From contig NW_020845673.1 of assembly GCF_003704095.1 (NCBI RefSeq), positions 124,001 to 188,000 on the forward strand: a stretch of 64,000 nt of DNA. The letters run 5' to 3'. Source of the DNA: Pocillopora damicornis. Lineage: Eukaryota. The notes below the pieces were generated by a model, which saw nothing but the letters and a program-made list of their open reading frames with translations, ran no database searches and was not told the origin of the DNA. Positions 40,301-55,300 of this stretch are shown here, piece by piece; position 1 is the stretch's first letter, and the number at the start of each line of letters is the position of its first letter. A program made the translations under genes and the position numbers.

Positions 40301-43300
40301 GAAACAACCAAATCACTTCATCTTCAGAGGTTAACCGTTTCCATACTGCCTGGCTTGGTAGACTAGGGCGAGTGAAGACTGGCCGTTATATTGGGGCCTG
40401 GTGCCCAAAACACAGGAATCATCTTCAGTGGTTGAAAGTGGACTTTGGTCGACTGATGAAAATAACCAAAATTGCCACACAAGGAAGACAGGATGCTGGT
40501 CACTGGATGACGTCATACTATGTGTCATCTAGCATAGACAACGTTCGTTGGGCAATGTATCGCTTCAGAAGCTCTAACAAGGTGAGGTCACATCTTTTTT
40601 AAAGGACAAGTATATAGTTTTCATCTCTACTATGACAGTTAGCGCGTTTATAGTAACTTTACTAGCCTAATTGTGTTTTGACTGGCTGCGCCCATTGCGG
40701 GTTTAACGTTATTAGTTTTGAGCATTTCTACGTCATTTCTGCGATCAATGAGAGTTTACAAGGAAAAGTTTTGATAGGTTCTGCTTTCGATAATAGCTGT
40801 AGACCAATGGGTTAGCGAGAGTTCCTGTTCTTATTTATAGATATTGTATGCCTGATTTTAATGATCTTATCTCAAATAGCTGTTCCAAGCCAATCGTGAC
40901 CAAAACACTATCGTGATGAATGCAATCAATCCTTCCATAAGATGTCGATTTTTACGTCTAAATCCTCGTGGATGGCACGGTTGGCCATGTTTGAGGGCCG
41001 AATTTTATGGATGCCCAGTTGGTTAGTAATAAATGTGATTTAAAATTTTTGTATACATTTTACTGCGAGGTGAAAACTCGCCTGGAGCATGAAAGAGACA
41101 ATATCCTAAATCTTTGTTTTGGAAGGAAGAAAAGTACCAAAATTGAATGAAAATAGCAAAAATGAACAAGGGCGATGAGGATGGGAGAAACTGAAACTAT
41201 TGTAAATAACGACCTCGAAGATTATGACGTATACACTTTCCTTTGGTTAAGTTTGTCAAGGCACAGTGTTTTAGTTTTGTTTACAACTTGGATTTTAGTT
41301 GGTTTTTAACTTTCATTTGTCAGTATCCAGTTACCAAAAATGATAATATGTCTTAATAATGTCTTAATTTTCCCTCAGATCGCTGTGATGTTCCTCTTGG
41401 TATCCAGGACGGTCGCATCACACGCGCTATGTTCACAGCCTCCTCCATGTACAACCACTACTACGGTCCTTGGAGCGCAAGACTGCAGGCTCAGAATCAT
41501 GGCTCCTTCCGAGGAGGCTGGGTCGCTAAGTACCGTAACACTCACCAGTGGCTGCAGATTGACTTAGGAACAGTGTCCATTGTGAAACGCATCGCGACTC
41601 AGGCTCGATATGATGCAAACCAGTGGGTTACATCATACACTGTATCCTATAGTAACAATGGAGTCAGATTTTTCCCATACAAGCAGGCAAGAAGAACAAG
41701 GGTAAGTGGTTTTATTCTATTGAACAAATTCATATTTCCTTCCAGCTATATACATCCTGTTTTGTACGTTTTAACTGAAAGCGGAAGCGTATCATTGTAA
41801 TTTTCAAATTTTCCTGGGTTCCCATAAGGAATAGTTCCCTCGAACCTAGTCAGTTTTCAAAACGATCGATGAAAATTCAACCTTTTCTTCAATGTGACTG
41901 TACTACAACCGAACTATTTGTGTTTACAGCTCTTCCAAGCAAACACTGAACGATACTTTGTTGTGGTGCACAAGCTCCGCCCAGCCATAAGGGCCCGTTA
42001 TATCCGAATTCAGCCAAGGTCCTGGTATGGATACATTGCCATGAGGGTGGAGTTGTACGGATGCCGTCTGGGTATGTAACACAGTGATACGATCTTGTTT
42101 TACAAAGAAAACGGAGCAGAAATTAATAATCAGTTTGCGACTTCAGAAACAATTATCATTGGATGTGGATATTGTTAGTAAAAGAGCAGTTAGTACTGTG
42201 GGTCAGTGGGTGGGAATGTGTCTAGACACCGGGAACCTCAGAATGTTCCGCGGGTCCCGACACAACGGGACATCATTGTAGTTTATTAAACGTTGTGGCT
42301 GTCATATTTAGTGACAGGAAATGTGGTTTGCGTGGTTTTTTAGTTTCTGTCGCCTTATACAAATACTTGTTATTTCTTTTGCTCATGTACTTTTAAGTCT
42401 TTGTTATTTAGCCTTTGTTTACCAGTTGCACTGTTTTTTATGGTATAATATTTTATGCTCTTGCATAGTGACAAACTCTGATTCAACACTTTTCTTAGTA
42501 ACCGCTTTCTTTTGGAAACACAGGTCACTTGTGCAATCGGCCAATGGGGTTACAGAACAACAGATTGAAAAATCATCTCATGACGTCATCATCTCGATGG
42601 GACAACTTCCATGGTCCTTATCGAGCGCGGCTTAATATCCGTCGCCATGGCAGATGGATCGGAGCCTGGTCTGCACAGTACAATAACCGTTATCAGTGGA
42701 TTCAATGTGACTTCACTGGACCTGCAAAAATTATAAGGATTTCCACCCAAGGGCGACAGGACACTAATCAGTGGGTCACGCAGTATTACGTGACACGTAG
42801 CTTGGATGCGGTGAATTTTAGGCCTTATCAAGAGAGAAATTCTATAAAGGTAAGTAAAAGAAGGAATATCAAAGTAGTTGAACATTTCACAATATGTTGC
42901 TCTTGTTAGCCTTGATTGAGCATCATACTGTAAGAGTGACAAAGATACGTGGCTTCTGTTGCTCTACAGATTTCAGGCCGAATCAGAGTTCTTAGGTCTG
43001 TTTTCTTCTCGTTTGAGGAAGGGAGAAGAAAATTGTCGGAGCAGTTTAAACGCTGTTAGCTCTCAATAAGGACGAGATAAAGAGATAATTTCAACTCAAA
43101 TTTGACGCAAGGTTCGGTAATTGAGCCCCCCTAACACAAAAGTGATAGACGAGCACTCTTAATTTGGTGCCAGTCATCCTCCCCTAGGTACTTTCCGTTT
43201 CCTTGTTGTTACGTTGTTGCGTCGCTCGTCAGTGCTTCCGATCGAACGGACGCTCGGTAATACATCCGCACGAACGGAAGCTTGGTAGTACTTTCGAACG

Positions 43301-46300
43301 AACGGAAGTTCGGTAATACTTCCGAACGAGCGGAAGCTCGGAAATACTTTTGAACGCACGGAAACTCGAAAATATATTCGAACGAACGGAAGCTGGGTAA
43401 TACTTCCGAACAAACGGAAGCTCGGAAATGTTTCCGAACGAACGGAAGCTCCGAAATACTTCCGAACGAACCCCAAAATGCGCATGTTCTAACTGTCGTT
43501 TCATTACTTTTCTCTGTCCAGTATTTTACAGGTAACCGTGATCAGAATACTATTGTTAGTCACGCTTTCATCCCTGCGCTTAGATGTCGCTATGTTCGAG
43601 TTCACCCTTGGGGATGGTACAGGCATATCTCCATGAGACTTGAGTTCTATGGATGTCTAACAGGTAAAATGAATAAAAAGGTTTTCTTATTTCCACTGGA
43701 AAAACATAGCAAATTTTTAAAACGTAATCATCTAAACTAACTTTTGTTTTTACCTTCATAGACAAATGTACCATGCCTCTTGGTATGGAGGACCATCGCA
43801 TCTTGTCGGGTCATCTTCGGGCCTCGTCGTCGTACAACTATAACCACGGACCTGACCGAGCACGACTAAATATCTATAACGGACATGGACGAACAGGAGC
43901 TTGGGTAGCAAAGTACCGGAACGCTAATCAGTGGCTGCAGATCGACTTAAGAATAATGAGTATCATTAAAGGAATCGCTACACAAGGAAGAAGAGAAGCC
44001 CATCAATGGGTTAAGAGTTATACACTCTCCTACAGTGCAAAAGGTCTACGCTTTAGACCATATGTCGCGTATGGCAAGGTTAAGGTGAGATGGTGAGATG
44101 GTTTATCAAAGTATATGATAATTTCTCCACTTGTCAACTTTTCTTAGCTTTCTTTGATATTGAAATATCAAATTCTTGTTACATGGACTTGTATAACGTC
44201 TTAATCAATGATACCTATTCTGACTATCATTGTGGATGCTTCTGCGTCAAAAACTCCTCATCATGAACATAATTATATTTCAATGTACCTTTTGACTTCT
44301 GGCTTACTCTCTTCTCCAGGCTATGCTTGTATCAGTGAAACTAATCTTTGTTATCCGCCATTAGTTTATTAATACATCTTTTAAAGATGTGACAAGATTT
44401 TTGGACGATACCTAAACGTATCGATTTTCGTAGACATCACGTGCAATAAATTTTTCATGAATATTTCTAGCCAAGGTAATTAATTTGGAAGATCTTTGCA
44501 GATTGATGTATGTATCTGATTCTTATCTTTACAATCTCAACCTCACCGTAGCGTCTTAAAACCTTTCACTTTTTCATATTTGTATTTTCTTTTAAAAATT
44601 CTTTGTTTTAACAGTTATTCCGCGGCAACTATGATATCTACCACACACTTTCATACAAGATAATCCCAGCGATCAAGGCCAGGTTTGTTCGTATTCATCC
44701 TAGAAGTTGGCGCAGTTACATCGCAATGCGTGTAGAGTTGTATGGATGCAGATACAAGGGTACGTTTAAAGAGAATAAGATTACACCAGGCAGATTTTGC
44801 CCTCAATGCCAGGTTTAAATTCCTGTATTATAAACTCTATAAAAAGGTAACTAACGCCGAGTAACACATCGGAAATGCTACGTTGCGAATATGCAGCGTG
44901 CGGCGTGATAGACACAACTTACAGACGTGACTTGAGAAGTGATATAAGTTTTTCTTAAAACGTCAGTTTATCTCAGTTCAGTTATTAGAGGAAAAATCGA
45001 ATAGTATAAGAAATAGGCGAACGTTACGTGAAGTTACCAACGTATTACGTGCAACGTTATAGAAAGCAACTGAAAACTGTGATATAATTTGTCCTCAAAA
45101 CTTCAATTTATTTTACTTAGTTTTCGTTTCATTTCATTTGCATTCCTCAGAACGTTTCTGTGACCGAATCCAAGGACTCCAAAGAGGTACAATAAAGAAT
45201 GCAGCTTTCACTGCCTCATCCCAATGGGACAAATACCATGCCCCATTCCGAGCCCGGTTGCACATCCCCAGACAAGGACGGTACATTGGGGCGTGGTCCT
45301 CCCGCCATAACAACCACAATCAATGGCTGAAGATTGACTTAGGCAGACCAACCAAGGTGACTGGTATGGCAACACAGGGACGCCAAGATGCAGACCAGTG
45401 GGTGACAGCATATTATGTTTACTACAGTTTGGATGGAGTACGCTTTTCTCGAGTCACCTACTGGTGGGATGTTATAAAGGTTAGTGGTTGAACTGTACAT
45501 TTTCAAGTTCAGTTACCTGTTTGAACACTGGAATAAAAGTCGTTCGTCTGGTCAGTTCGTCTGGGTTTAGGCCTTAAAAGGAATGTTGTTGGTTACGTCA
45601 GAATCGCATGAACGTCACTCTGTCACTGTCACAGGAGGGAGTCGCCCGTAGACGATCAGTGTCAATGATCGACCATCGGAAATGTTTGTATTCTGCTCAT
45701 ATAAACGCGACCCATTGTCATGAAAAGCAAAACTAATTGACCTCAATTGAACCATAATCGGTTCCTAAGTTAAAGCTTTATATTTGGACTAATGGCTAAC
45801 CTGAAAACACGAATTAAGATTGGATTATTTACAAAACGATTTTACTCTTTTGTCTTTTTTTTTTTTTTAGTGTTAGTATAGAAAGACTTAAGGTTGCGAA
45901 GGAAGTATTTTTTGCGTAAAGTAATATATCACTGTGAAATATTTTTCTTAATTGTGTTTTAGACTTTTCGAGGAAATTATGATCGAAATGGTGTCCAAAC
46001 GCGCTCGTTCAACCCTCCTCTTTATGCAAGATTTATTAAAATCAATCCTCGTGGCTGGCGATCACACATCTCGATGAGGGTGGAAGTGTATGGTGGGGCA
46101 TGGAGTAAGTCAAGAACATTATAAGCTTGTACAATTTGTGAGAAGTGTAACGTTACACTGACTATGTGACCACATGAGAGCAACTTGTCACATAGAAATG
46201 CTATTTATCGGCTTTGCACAAACTACTTTCAATGTTCAAAATTTGAAGAAAAAAGTTGGTTAATCTCTGTTGAGCGTTGAATTTCCTCTTCGAAGAGATA

Positions 46301-49300
46301 ATTATTTAAGTGTTGAATTTGGAGACATATGCCCTGGAGTTGCTCTGGATTCAACTCATTGCCTCACTATCTCGCAGCGCTGTGAAAGTTGGAACTCTGA
46401 ACGATTTAAACTAAGCCATTATGAAGATGAAAGATAAATTGTAAATTCAATTTAAGAGAACAATATTGAAACTAGAAGAAGGTTTTCCTTCAATAACGGT
46501 GAAGGGTAAGAAGATTATGGGGGCAGTTTTTTAGCCATAGGTAAACTCCTTATTACATGAAACTTTATTTAGAATATTATCACATTTTTGCTTTGATTTC
46601 TTGAAGGTAAGTGCGATGTTCCCCTTGGAATGGAAGACCACCGTGTCCCTGATCAACTCATTACTGCCTCCTCCTACTACAACTACTGGGGTTCACCGAG
46701 AATGGCCAGGCTGCATCAGAGACGCGTTGGCAAGCTTGGAGGCTCCTGGTATGCCAAGCGAAGCGACAAACGCCAATGGCTGAAGATAGACATGGGTGGA
46801 CTGACACGGGTGTCACGTTGTGCTACTCAAGGCCGTCAGAATGCTGACCAATGGGTAACAAGTTATTACGTGTCCTACAGTGTGAAGGGATACCGGTTTG
46901 TGACGTATAAAGAGTACGGACGTACCAAGGTCAGTAAGATTTCTAATCAGGGCAGGTGGGGGACGATCTCTCCCACAAGTCATTTTTCCTACTCTCTGTT
47001 GCACACTTTTTTATAATGTTAGTTCGAAGAATTTGACGTGAAATCAAATAATGTCTCCCAGCTCATATTGTTCTTTATTATCACTTGTCGGCTTGTCAGT
47101 GTATAAGAGAAATGACTTCATGGTATTGGGGTGAAAGGACAAAAGGAGGAGTGGTGCGACCGAGGCCTTCAAACTTTGACTCTTTTTGAGTAGATCTTTC
47201 CATTTTGCTGCCTATATGAAGAAAAACAACAATCTACTTCATAGAGAAATAATACTTTATCCCCTTAACTCCTAAAATTGATTAAAATGTAACATCTCCT
47301 TGCAATACCAACACGTTGTAAACAAACAGATGACGAGAGTGGGCACATTTTATCAAACAGAAGGCGTTTCCATGATACAAAGCCAAATCCTCTGTAATGG
47401 AGAATTATAAATAAGATCTTGATAGTTAAAGCATAGAAGGGGCAAATGAAAAAGAGCTGATTGATGAAAAGCAAAGCAAATTAACACTTTGAGTGTTCTT
47501 ATTCTTTGTGCAACCGTCTCCTATTGCAATTATTAATTACATTTGTAAGAAATAATATATGAGTAAACTGCAATTATTATTATTCCATTTCAGATATTCC
47601 CAGGCAACTTTGACCGATATGTGGTCGTAACACACCGATTCCTTCGACCAATAGTGGGACGCTACTTCAAGATACACCCAGTCACGTGGCGAAGCTGGAT
47701 CTCCATGAGAGTAGAATTATATGGCTGCGTCATTGGTACGACAACTTGTGTAATATTATGATAGGTTATTCACTTAGATATAACACTATCTCATCTCTCT
47801 TTACAGCCCTAGAGCTATCGAGTGTAGATAACCAAAGTGTCGTCTAGATCCATTATATTAACTTGAATGAGTTGCACCTCGATATTTTTAGATCTTTTAG
47901 GCGACTTGCAAAACTACCTACAACTGAAAGAACTAAAAAATTTGAATTCAGTCAGAAGAAGAAGCACCGAAATGGAAGTGGAAAAAGAGCCAAAGACAAC
48001 TTTCGAGACGGATTGAAAATAATCTGAAATTGAAGCTAAATCTTTGAGAATTCACAACCTTAAACAGACCTCCGTTTTACAATAAAAGGTGCATTTCTTT
48101 CATGCGTTACGTATAAAGCAGTTGGTATGATTCTCAAAGAGAGAACTCTATCAAGGTGAACCTTACAAACAAAGTTAACAATACAATAACTTCTTCCATA
48201 AGCGGCTGCCTATGGTGTTATTTGCGGCTGTGCTCGAAAAGGTGACGTATGGCGAAACCCAAACACGAGAGAGTGCTTGCAGGTTCAAACGACAACGTGT
48301 ACGGTAGACCAGCGGTAACTTGCTTTTATTAAAACCCCTATGTCTTGAAAGCAAACCACATGCATTCTCGAATTCGTACTTTTCTCTCACAAAACGTAGG
48401 CCCGAGATGTGACAAACCTCTAGGAATGAAGAATGGCCGCATTCACGCTAATCAACTCACAGCAGCATCAATATGGGACCGAAATCATGGAGCAAATAAT
48501 GCCAGGCTTCATTGGCGAAGAACCGGTGCAAGAACAGGCGCTTGGTCAGCTCGTCACAATAATCATTACCAGTGGCTACAAGTGGATTTCAAACGCTACA
48601 TGCGTATTGTAAAGATTGCCACCCAAGGAAGACAAGATGCACGTCAGTGGGTGACGAAGTACTACGTCAGATACAGTCAAGACTGCGCGCATTTTGCCGA
48701 CTATGAGAAGAACAGCAATAGAAAGGTAACAAGAAACTATCTTCAATAGAACCATAATAAACATGACTTGTGTTCGAAATGTCTCCCAGGTTCAAATGTT
48801 ACGTGAGCTTTTCAATCTCTCTATCATACTTTCTAATACGGACAACCATACTCCAGCAAAAAGTGGGAATATTTATACAGTGTTATCGGTGAATCATATC
48901 CTATAATCGTCGTTAATTGATTGGAAAACCTTTTAAGGGAAATATTCTTGGGTAAAATTTGGTTTTTATGGGGGAGAAATGATATCTAAGTGAGCGTCGT
49001 TTTTGCCAGTTAAGTGGAATGGTTGGCCAAATGACTTTGCAAGCGAAAATCTTATATATCTTATATATACATTTATTTTTCCTCCTCCACTTTGTTTGTT
49101 TCTTTTTCAGTATTTCACGGGAAATAGAGACCAAAATACTGTGGTAATACACAGATTTTATCCACCAATCAAAGCGCGGTTCGTTCAGGTTCGTCCGTGG
49201 GGATGGTATGGACATATCTCTATGAGAGTGGAGTTCTATGGATGTGTTGAAGGTCTGACGAATTTGTATTTTGTATCAGTAAAATTATGGACTTAATTTG

Positions 49301-52300
49301 AGATAGCTGTTTTTATGCTAAGGCTATTAGTAATATTCCTTCATGTATCTGGCTGTTTTGGTTTGAAAGTATTTGAACCTAGGCCTCCCAAATACTACTT
49401 TTGTACCACAATCAAATGAGATACGAAGTCTCATGTTGGAAGCGTGGCAAAATGTAGTAGGCTGTTCGTTCCCGTGCATACTTAGCTTTTGAGTCCTACA
49501 AAAGTGTCAGGAAAGCCACTTCTACGTTCTCAATACTTGATCAATTAATCTCCTTTACCTTGCAGACCGCTGTAACATACCTCTGGGTCTAGAAGACAAA
49601 CGTCTCAGTCCAGGGTCTTTGTCAGCGTCTACTTACTACAATCATCACCTGTCACCATGGCATGGCCGACTGAACCACAGATGGTCATGGAGTTCTCGGC
49701 GCAGAGATGTTCACCAATGGTTCAAGGTTAACTTTGGTTACGTAACAAGATTTAAAGGAATAGCGACCCAAGGAAGGCAGGATGCAAATCAGTGGGTAAA
49801 GACCTACATTGTCAGATACAGTGGTGATGGTGTTAGTTATGTGCCTTACGCGGAAAACAGGCGCATTAAGGTGAGTTTTTATTAAAATATGGATGATGAG
49901 GGTGAAATTTTGCAGTTGATCGTTTTGGAGTTGCTGTAGTTTCCGATTTTAATTAAAATTGTAATTCTGAGCATACAGCGTTTCTTGTTGAATGGAAATA
50001 ATTCTTTCCACAAAAAAATTACTTCAATTTTCTTGACCTTGGACTAGTGCAATTTCAACTCAGCGGAGTTTTAATTTGAGTTAGAGATCACTTTCGCTCT
50101 TCTGAGTAAAATCTGTACTGAAGTTTGGACAATTTATTTTTCTTTATACAATTCAGATTACCGGGCATAGAAAGAAAAAATTTTCAATAGGGTGTCGAAA
50201 GTAATCAAGGATAACATAGCTTTTACTTTCTTATGTTCTATGATTGGCTAGAAAACTCGCGCCATCCTCTCAACCAATCAGGTTAAAAACCAAAACTAAT
50301 CGCAGCTTTGTCACGCACGTTTTTCGCGAAATTCTTGCGCTTTGAGCAGTTTGCGCACTTTTACTTTTAACTCTCATCGTATCGCTGTTATATATTTCCT
50401 TTCCTCTGAGTAGCTTTTGTAGTCTTTGTAATTTTGGTTTTACGACACTCAATCGAAATGCGCTATCTTGATGAAAGGCATATTATTTCTTTATGTTTGC
50501 TTATAACCTTCTCACGACCTTCTCATGTCTCAGGTCTTCTCTGGTAATAGTGACAGACATTCCATTGTGTTTCATCGTTTCCTGAAATCTTTCACTGCTG
50601 CTTTCGTGAAGATCCATCCAAAATCTTGGTACAGCTGGATTTCAATGAGAGTTGAACTCTTTGGTTGCACAAGTAAGGTTTTTTTTCTCATCTTAGAGAA
50701 GAGGAATATCGCTTGCAATGAAATTTAGATATACGTTTGTAGCAAACCTCTCTGTAAATAGAGTAGATACCGATGAAACGGACTGCAGTCTTCCCCTTCC
50801 GAAAACCAATGGAGAAATGTAACGACAACAGGTCCAATATAAGGTGTTCTTCTCCCCTTACCCCTTTTCCTATTTCGATGAAAAAATGAACAAGCAGCAG
50901 TTGACATGCATATTATTGTTTTGCTAGGTGCACTCTGTAGCACTCCGCTAGGTTTACAGAATGGTCGTATTCGTAACAGTAGAATCACTGCATCGTCCGA
51001 GTACAATGTGTACCATGCAGCCAGACTTGGGAGACTGCATCTGCATAAGAGAGGTAGATATGTGGGGGCCTGGTGCGCAAAGCACAAAAACAGAAATCAG
51101 TGGTTTAAGGTGAACTTTGGACGGCTGATGAAGATCACAAAAATAGCTACTCAGGGTAGACAGGATGCAGCCCAGTGGGTGACGTACTATAGAGTGTCAT
51201 CCAGCGTCGATGGAATACACTGGCAAATGTATCGCTTCAAAAACAACGATATGGTAGGGAAATGTGACATGTTCGAAATCTGCTTTTAATGTACACTTGG
51301 TTGGTAATAAGTGCGTTTTTACGGATTGAAAGTTTATAAGTTAAGGTGGTAGGGGGTTTCGAAGAGTGAGATTCTGATAGAACCAAATTTAGACAAGCGG
51401 ACCTAATTCAATGCTGTTTTACCTTCTTCATAAAAGTGGAAGGAGGTACAAGAGTTATTCTGCAGTTGTAGGCTTAGCGAAAGGACGAACCCCAATTGAA
51501 AGCATAGAAATGGGAACAAAACAGCGATTAAAGAAAACTTGGAACTTCTGACTGTTCTGAGGAGTATAACGCTACATCCCTTTATCCAACTCTGTTCGTT
51601 CACAGGCCTCGATAGGCCAAGGTGTAACTGTTTCAGTTGACTATTGTGCTAAACGTTTCGTTCATGTTTTGGCATAAAATCACTCTTGTTTTGTGTTTTC
51701 TCTTTTTTTAAGACTTTCCGTGGTAATAATGATCAAAACAGCGTCAAAATACAAGCTTTGACTCCCGCCATATATGCACGAATCATTAAGATTCACCCGT
51801 GGGGATGGCGAAGTCACATCTCGATGAGGGTGGAAATCTATGGATGTAAAGCTGGTTAGTAATTTTGTCAGCTTGTCGATGAGTATTCGCCAACTTTGAA
51901 TTATTACCCCTTCATTTTGATTAACAATTCTGAAAGAGAAATCTTACCAATGATTTGACGCGAAAATCTTTTTGCAGACCCCTGCGATGTTCCTCTCGGT
52001 CTTCAAGATGGCCGTGTTACTCCATCTATGCTTACGGCATCCTCCATGTATAACCACTACTACGGTCCCTGGAGTGCCAGGCTCCAGGCCAGGAATTACG
52101 GTTCCACCCGAGGAGGCTGGATTGCGAAGTACAATAACAATAAGCAATGGTTACAGATTGACCTGGGTACGAAGTGTCGAGTGAAGAGGGTTGCTACTCA
52201 GGGCCGATATGATGCTAACCAGTTTGTGAAGTCCTATACGGTGTCTTACAGCCTGAAGGGTGACAAGTTCGTGCCTTATACAGAGGGGCGAAAGATAAGG

Positions 52301-55300
52301 GTATGAAACTAGCCTTCCTATATTATCCTATTGAATTATTTAAGTAGGTCTACAATTTATGTTTCCCTCTTAGTTTTCTCTCTTAGCTTTTAGTTGTATA
52401 TAGTTTATAAATAATATTGAAATTGTAAGATAGCATATTTTTATTTAATTTTTTTTCTCGAAGATATTAGCTCTACAGCTACACTGAATTTCGTGCTTAA
52501 ATAAAGTATATGTATGTATGTATGTATGTGTTTGGTTGCTTGTCCTGTTTCAGAAATTTGATAATAACGGTTCTTTTCCTCAAAAAAGGGTACCCAGGGT
52601 CATTGTAATGGAAACAAATATTGCAAATAAACGTAGATTAGTTGGAAATTGCAGCAAGAAAAGGGAAGCCAGATACTTAGCTACTAAAAGAGCACATTCG
52701 AGGAGATGAACTTGGGGTAACCAGAAACGAATCCAATGAAAAGCAGGTCGGAAGACTTGAACTGAGGACCACTCGGTTACTGTGCCTCCTTATGAGATAT
52801 CCCTTTAAAGAATCATTCCTTTGAAATATTCAGATATTCGTGACGTTGTTAAAATTTATTACAGATTGTTACTTCATAGAAATGTTTAACATTTTTCATT
52901 ATTTCAGATCTTCCAGGCCAATATTGAGAGATATTTTGTCGTAACCCATCGCTTCTTTAGGCCATTTGTGGCTCGATTCGTGCGAATCAATGTCAGGAGT
53001 TGGTATGGATACATCTCTATGAGAGTTGAACTTTACGGCTGTAGATTAGGTGAGGAGAAAATGAGGTAATAGTAAATGACTTAATATTGCGTCAGATGTC
53101 AACGACTCAAACTTATTTCAAATTGAGTGGTAATGGTAATCTAGGATTGCTTTGGTTTTACTTCACTATGATTTATGATTGGTCTAGAAAATTCGAGTCA
53201 CGTTTATCAGCCAGGTATGTGCGAAACAGAAACCAATCACGACATGGTCACTTGAGTTTTCACCTCAGAAGCCTGAGTCTGATTTCAGGACCTGGTGTCA
53301 CATACGGGTTGAGTTAGTTGATGACTTTCTTGCTTGCTCCGAAAGTTATTCAACAGTTCCTCCAGTGTTACTTTCTTATAAAACCTAAATTCCAAATTCC
53401 AATTTGATTTAGAACCATGCGACATACCTACCTTGTGCATATCCCCCGCTAAAGGCCATTGAAGTTGTATAACTTCGTTACTTCTTTCTCTCACTCTTTA
53501 CTCAAGGCCGAATGTGTAACCAACCAATGGGCTTACAAAACGGACGCCTCAGAAACCACCTAATGACAGCGTCTTCTCAGTGGGATAAATACCACGCTGC
53601 TTTCCTGGCGAGACTTCATCGCCGGCGGGCTGGGAAGTACATGGGTGCATGGAGTGCCAGGAGTAACAACAGATACCAGTATCTACAAATTGATTTCACA
53701 AGGCCGTCCAAGATCATCAAGATAGCTACTCAAGGAAGGCACGATGCTGATCAATGGGTCACGCAGTATTATATTACGTACAGTGTGAATCTGGTCAATT
53801 TTGTGGAATACAAGGAGAGAAACAATAGGAAGGTTTGAACGTTTGTAATCATTAAGATATTATGCAGCGAGAAGAAATAGCGCCCCAGGGAAATTACGTG
53901 ACCGCATTCGATTGGGAAAACATTGTTCAAATTGAACAAGTAATTGGACATAACGACCATTAGCTCGACGACAATTGGTAAAAGAGGAAAAGAGCACAAA
54001 AGGAGGAAAGAAACTGTAAAGAAGAGAAGAAGGAAAGGAAAAAGAAAGAAAGAAAAAATAGAGGAAAGAAAATAAAAGTAAATGATTTACAACACAAACA
54101 TAAGATTATCCTCTGCTTGCTTAGCGTCCATGCATAACGTGAATTTTTACGATATACTGCCTTACTTTTCAGAGGTTGCTAATTCACATTTTTTCCCTAA
54201 CCCTTCAATAGTACTTCACCGGAAATCGAGACCGTAACAGTGTGGTCCACAACCCACTTAATCCTGCGATTCGATGTCGTTACATCCGGGTTCATCCTTG
54301 GGGATGGTACAGACACATCTCCATGAGAGCTGAGTTCTATGGATGTTTCACAGGTGCAGAAGTGTTCATTATATTTAGGTTTACAGCAAACGAATGAGGT
54401 ATTTTCCAAATTGGTTCGAAAATGGTGAAAAAAAAAGCTTTTAAGCAAGAAACAACATTATCCACATAGGAAGCAGACGTTCTTCTAACTGAGAACATTG
54501 CATTCAGCCCCAAGTTTTTTCTGAATCTTATTTCGGTTTGAGAAATACATGTACTTGTCTAAATAAAGCTTTTGGGACTACCAAGCAACTTCACATTTGT
54601 GGTAATGGAATGAATTCTTTGTGAAATGTGGCATCTAGTTGTTCTGATTGTTAGCCACGGTTGTGGAGTTGCTCTTACTTGTTAATTGAGGTTAATTTTT
54701 CCCTTCTTTTCAGACCGTTGCACCATGCCTCTCGGTATGGAGGATCGCCGTATCTTGTCAGGACATCTTCGTGCTTCATCATCATACAACTACAACCACG
54801 GCCCCGATCGATCACGTCTCAACATCTACGCCAGTCACAGCCGCACAGGGGCCTGGGTAGCCAAGTATAGAAACACCAAGCAATGGCTTCAGATTGACTT
54901 GAGGCAGATGTGTATCATCAAAGGAATCGCCACACAGGGAAGGAGAGAAGCTCATCAGTGGGTGTCCAGTTATGTTGTCTCATACAGCAAAGATGGCCGA
55001 AGGTTTAGAGCTTATGCAGTTGGTGGAAGAGTAAAGGTAAACTTGTACACAACTTTATATTTGTTTGTTCCTTTTTGTCTGAAGTGGTTGGCTTACGACT
55101 ATTCGATAACTTACGGCGGTCTGCCAGGGAATCTTAGAATAACGAACTGTCGGGCGCTGTTCGTTAAAACAGAGGTTTGCTAAAAAAAGGGAGCTCGCTA
55201 TAACGGACGTTCGCTTCAACAGACGTTCGTCATTACGAAGAGTGATCGTGGGGATCGTAATCACGCGCTTCTGCTTGGCTAAGGGAACGTATTTGTTAAA

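Noticed and set aside
43238-43471. CRISPR-like array (28-bp partly palindromic repeats)
   Set aside because: Units abut with no unique spacers, there are no cas genes and the context is a eukaryotic intron; ORFs 43174-43485 and 43229-43504 are repeat artefacts
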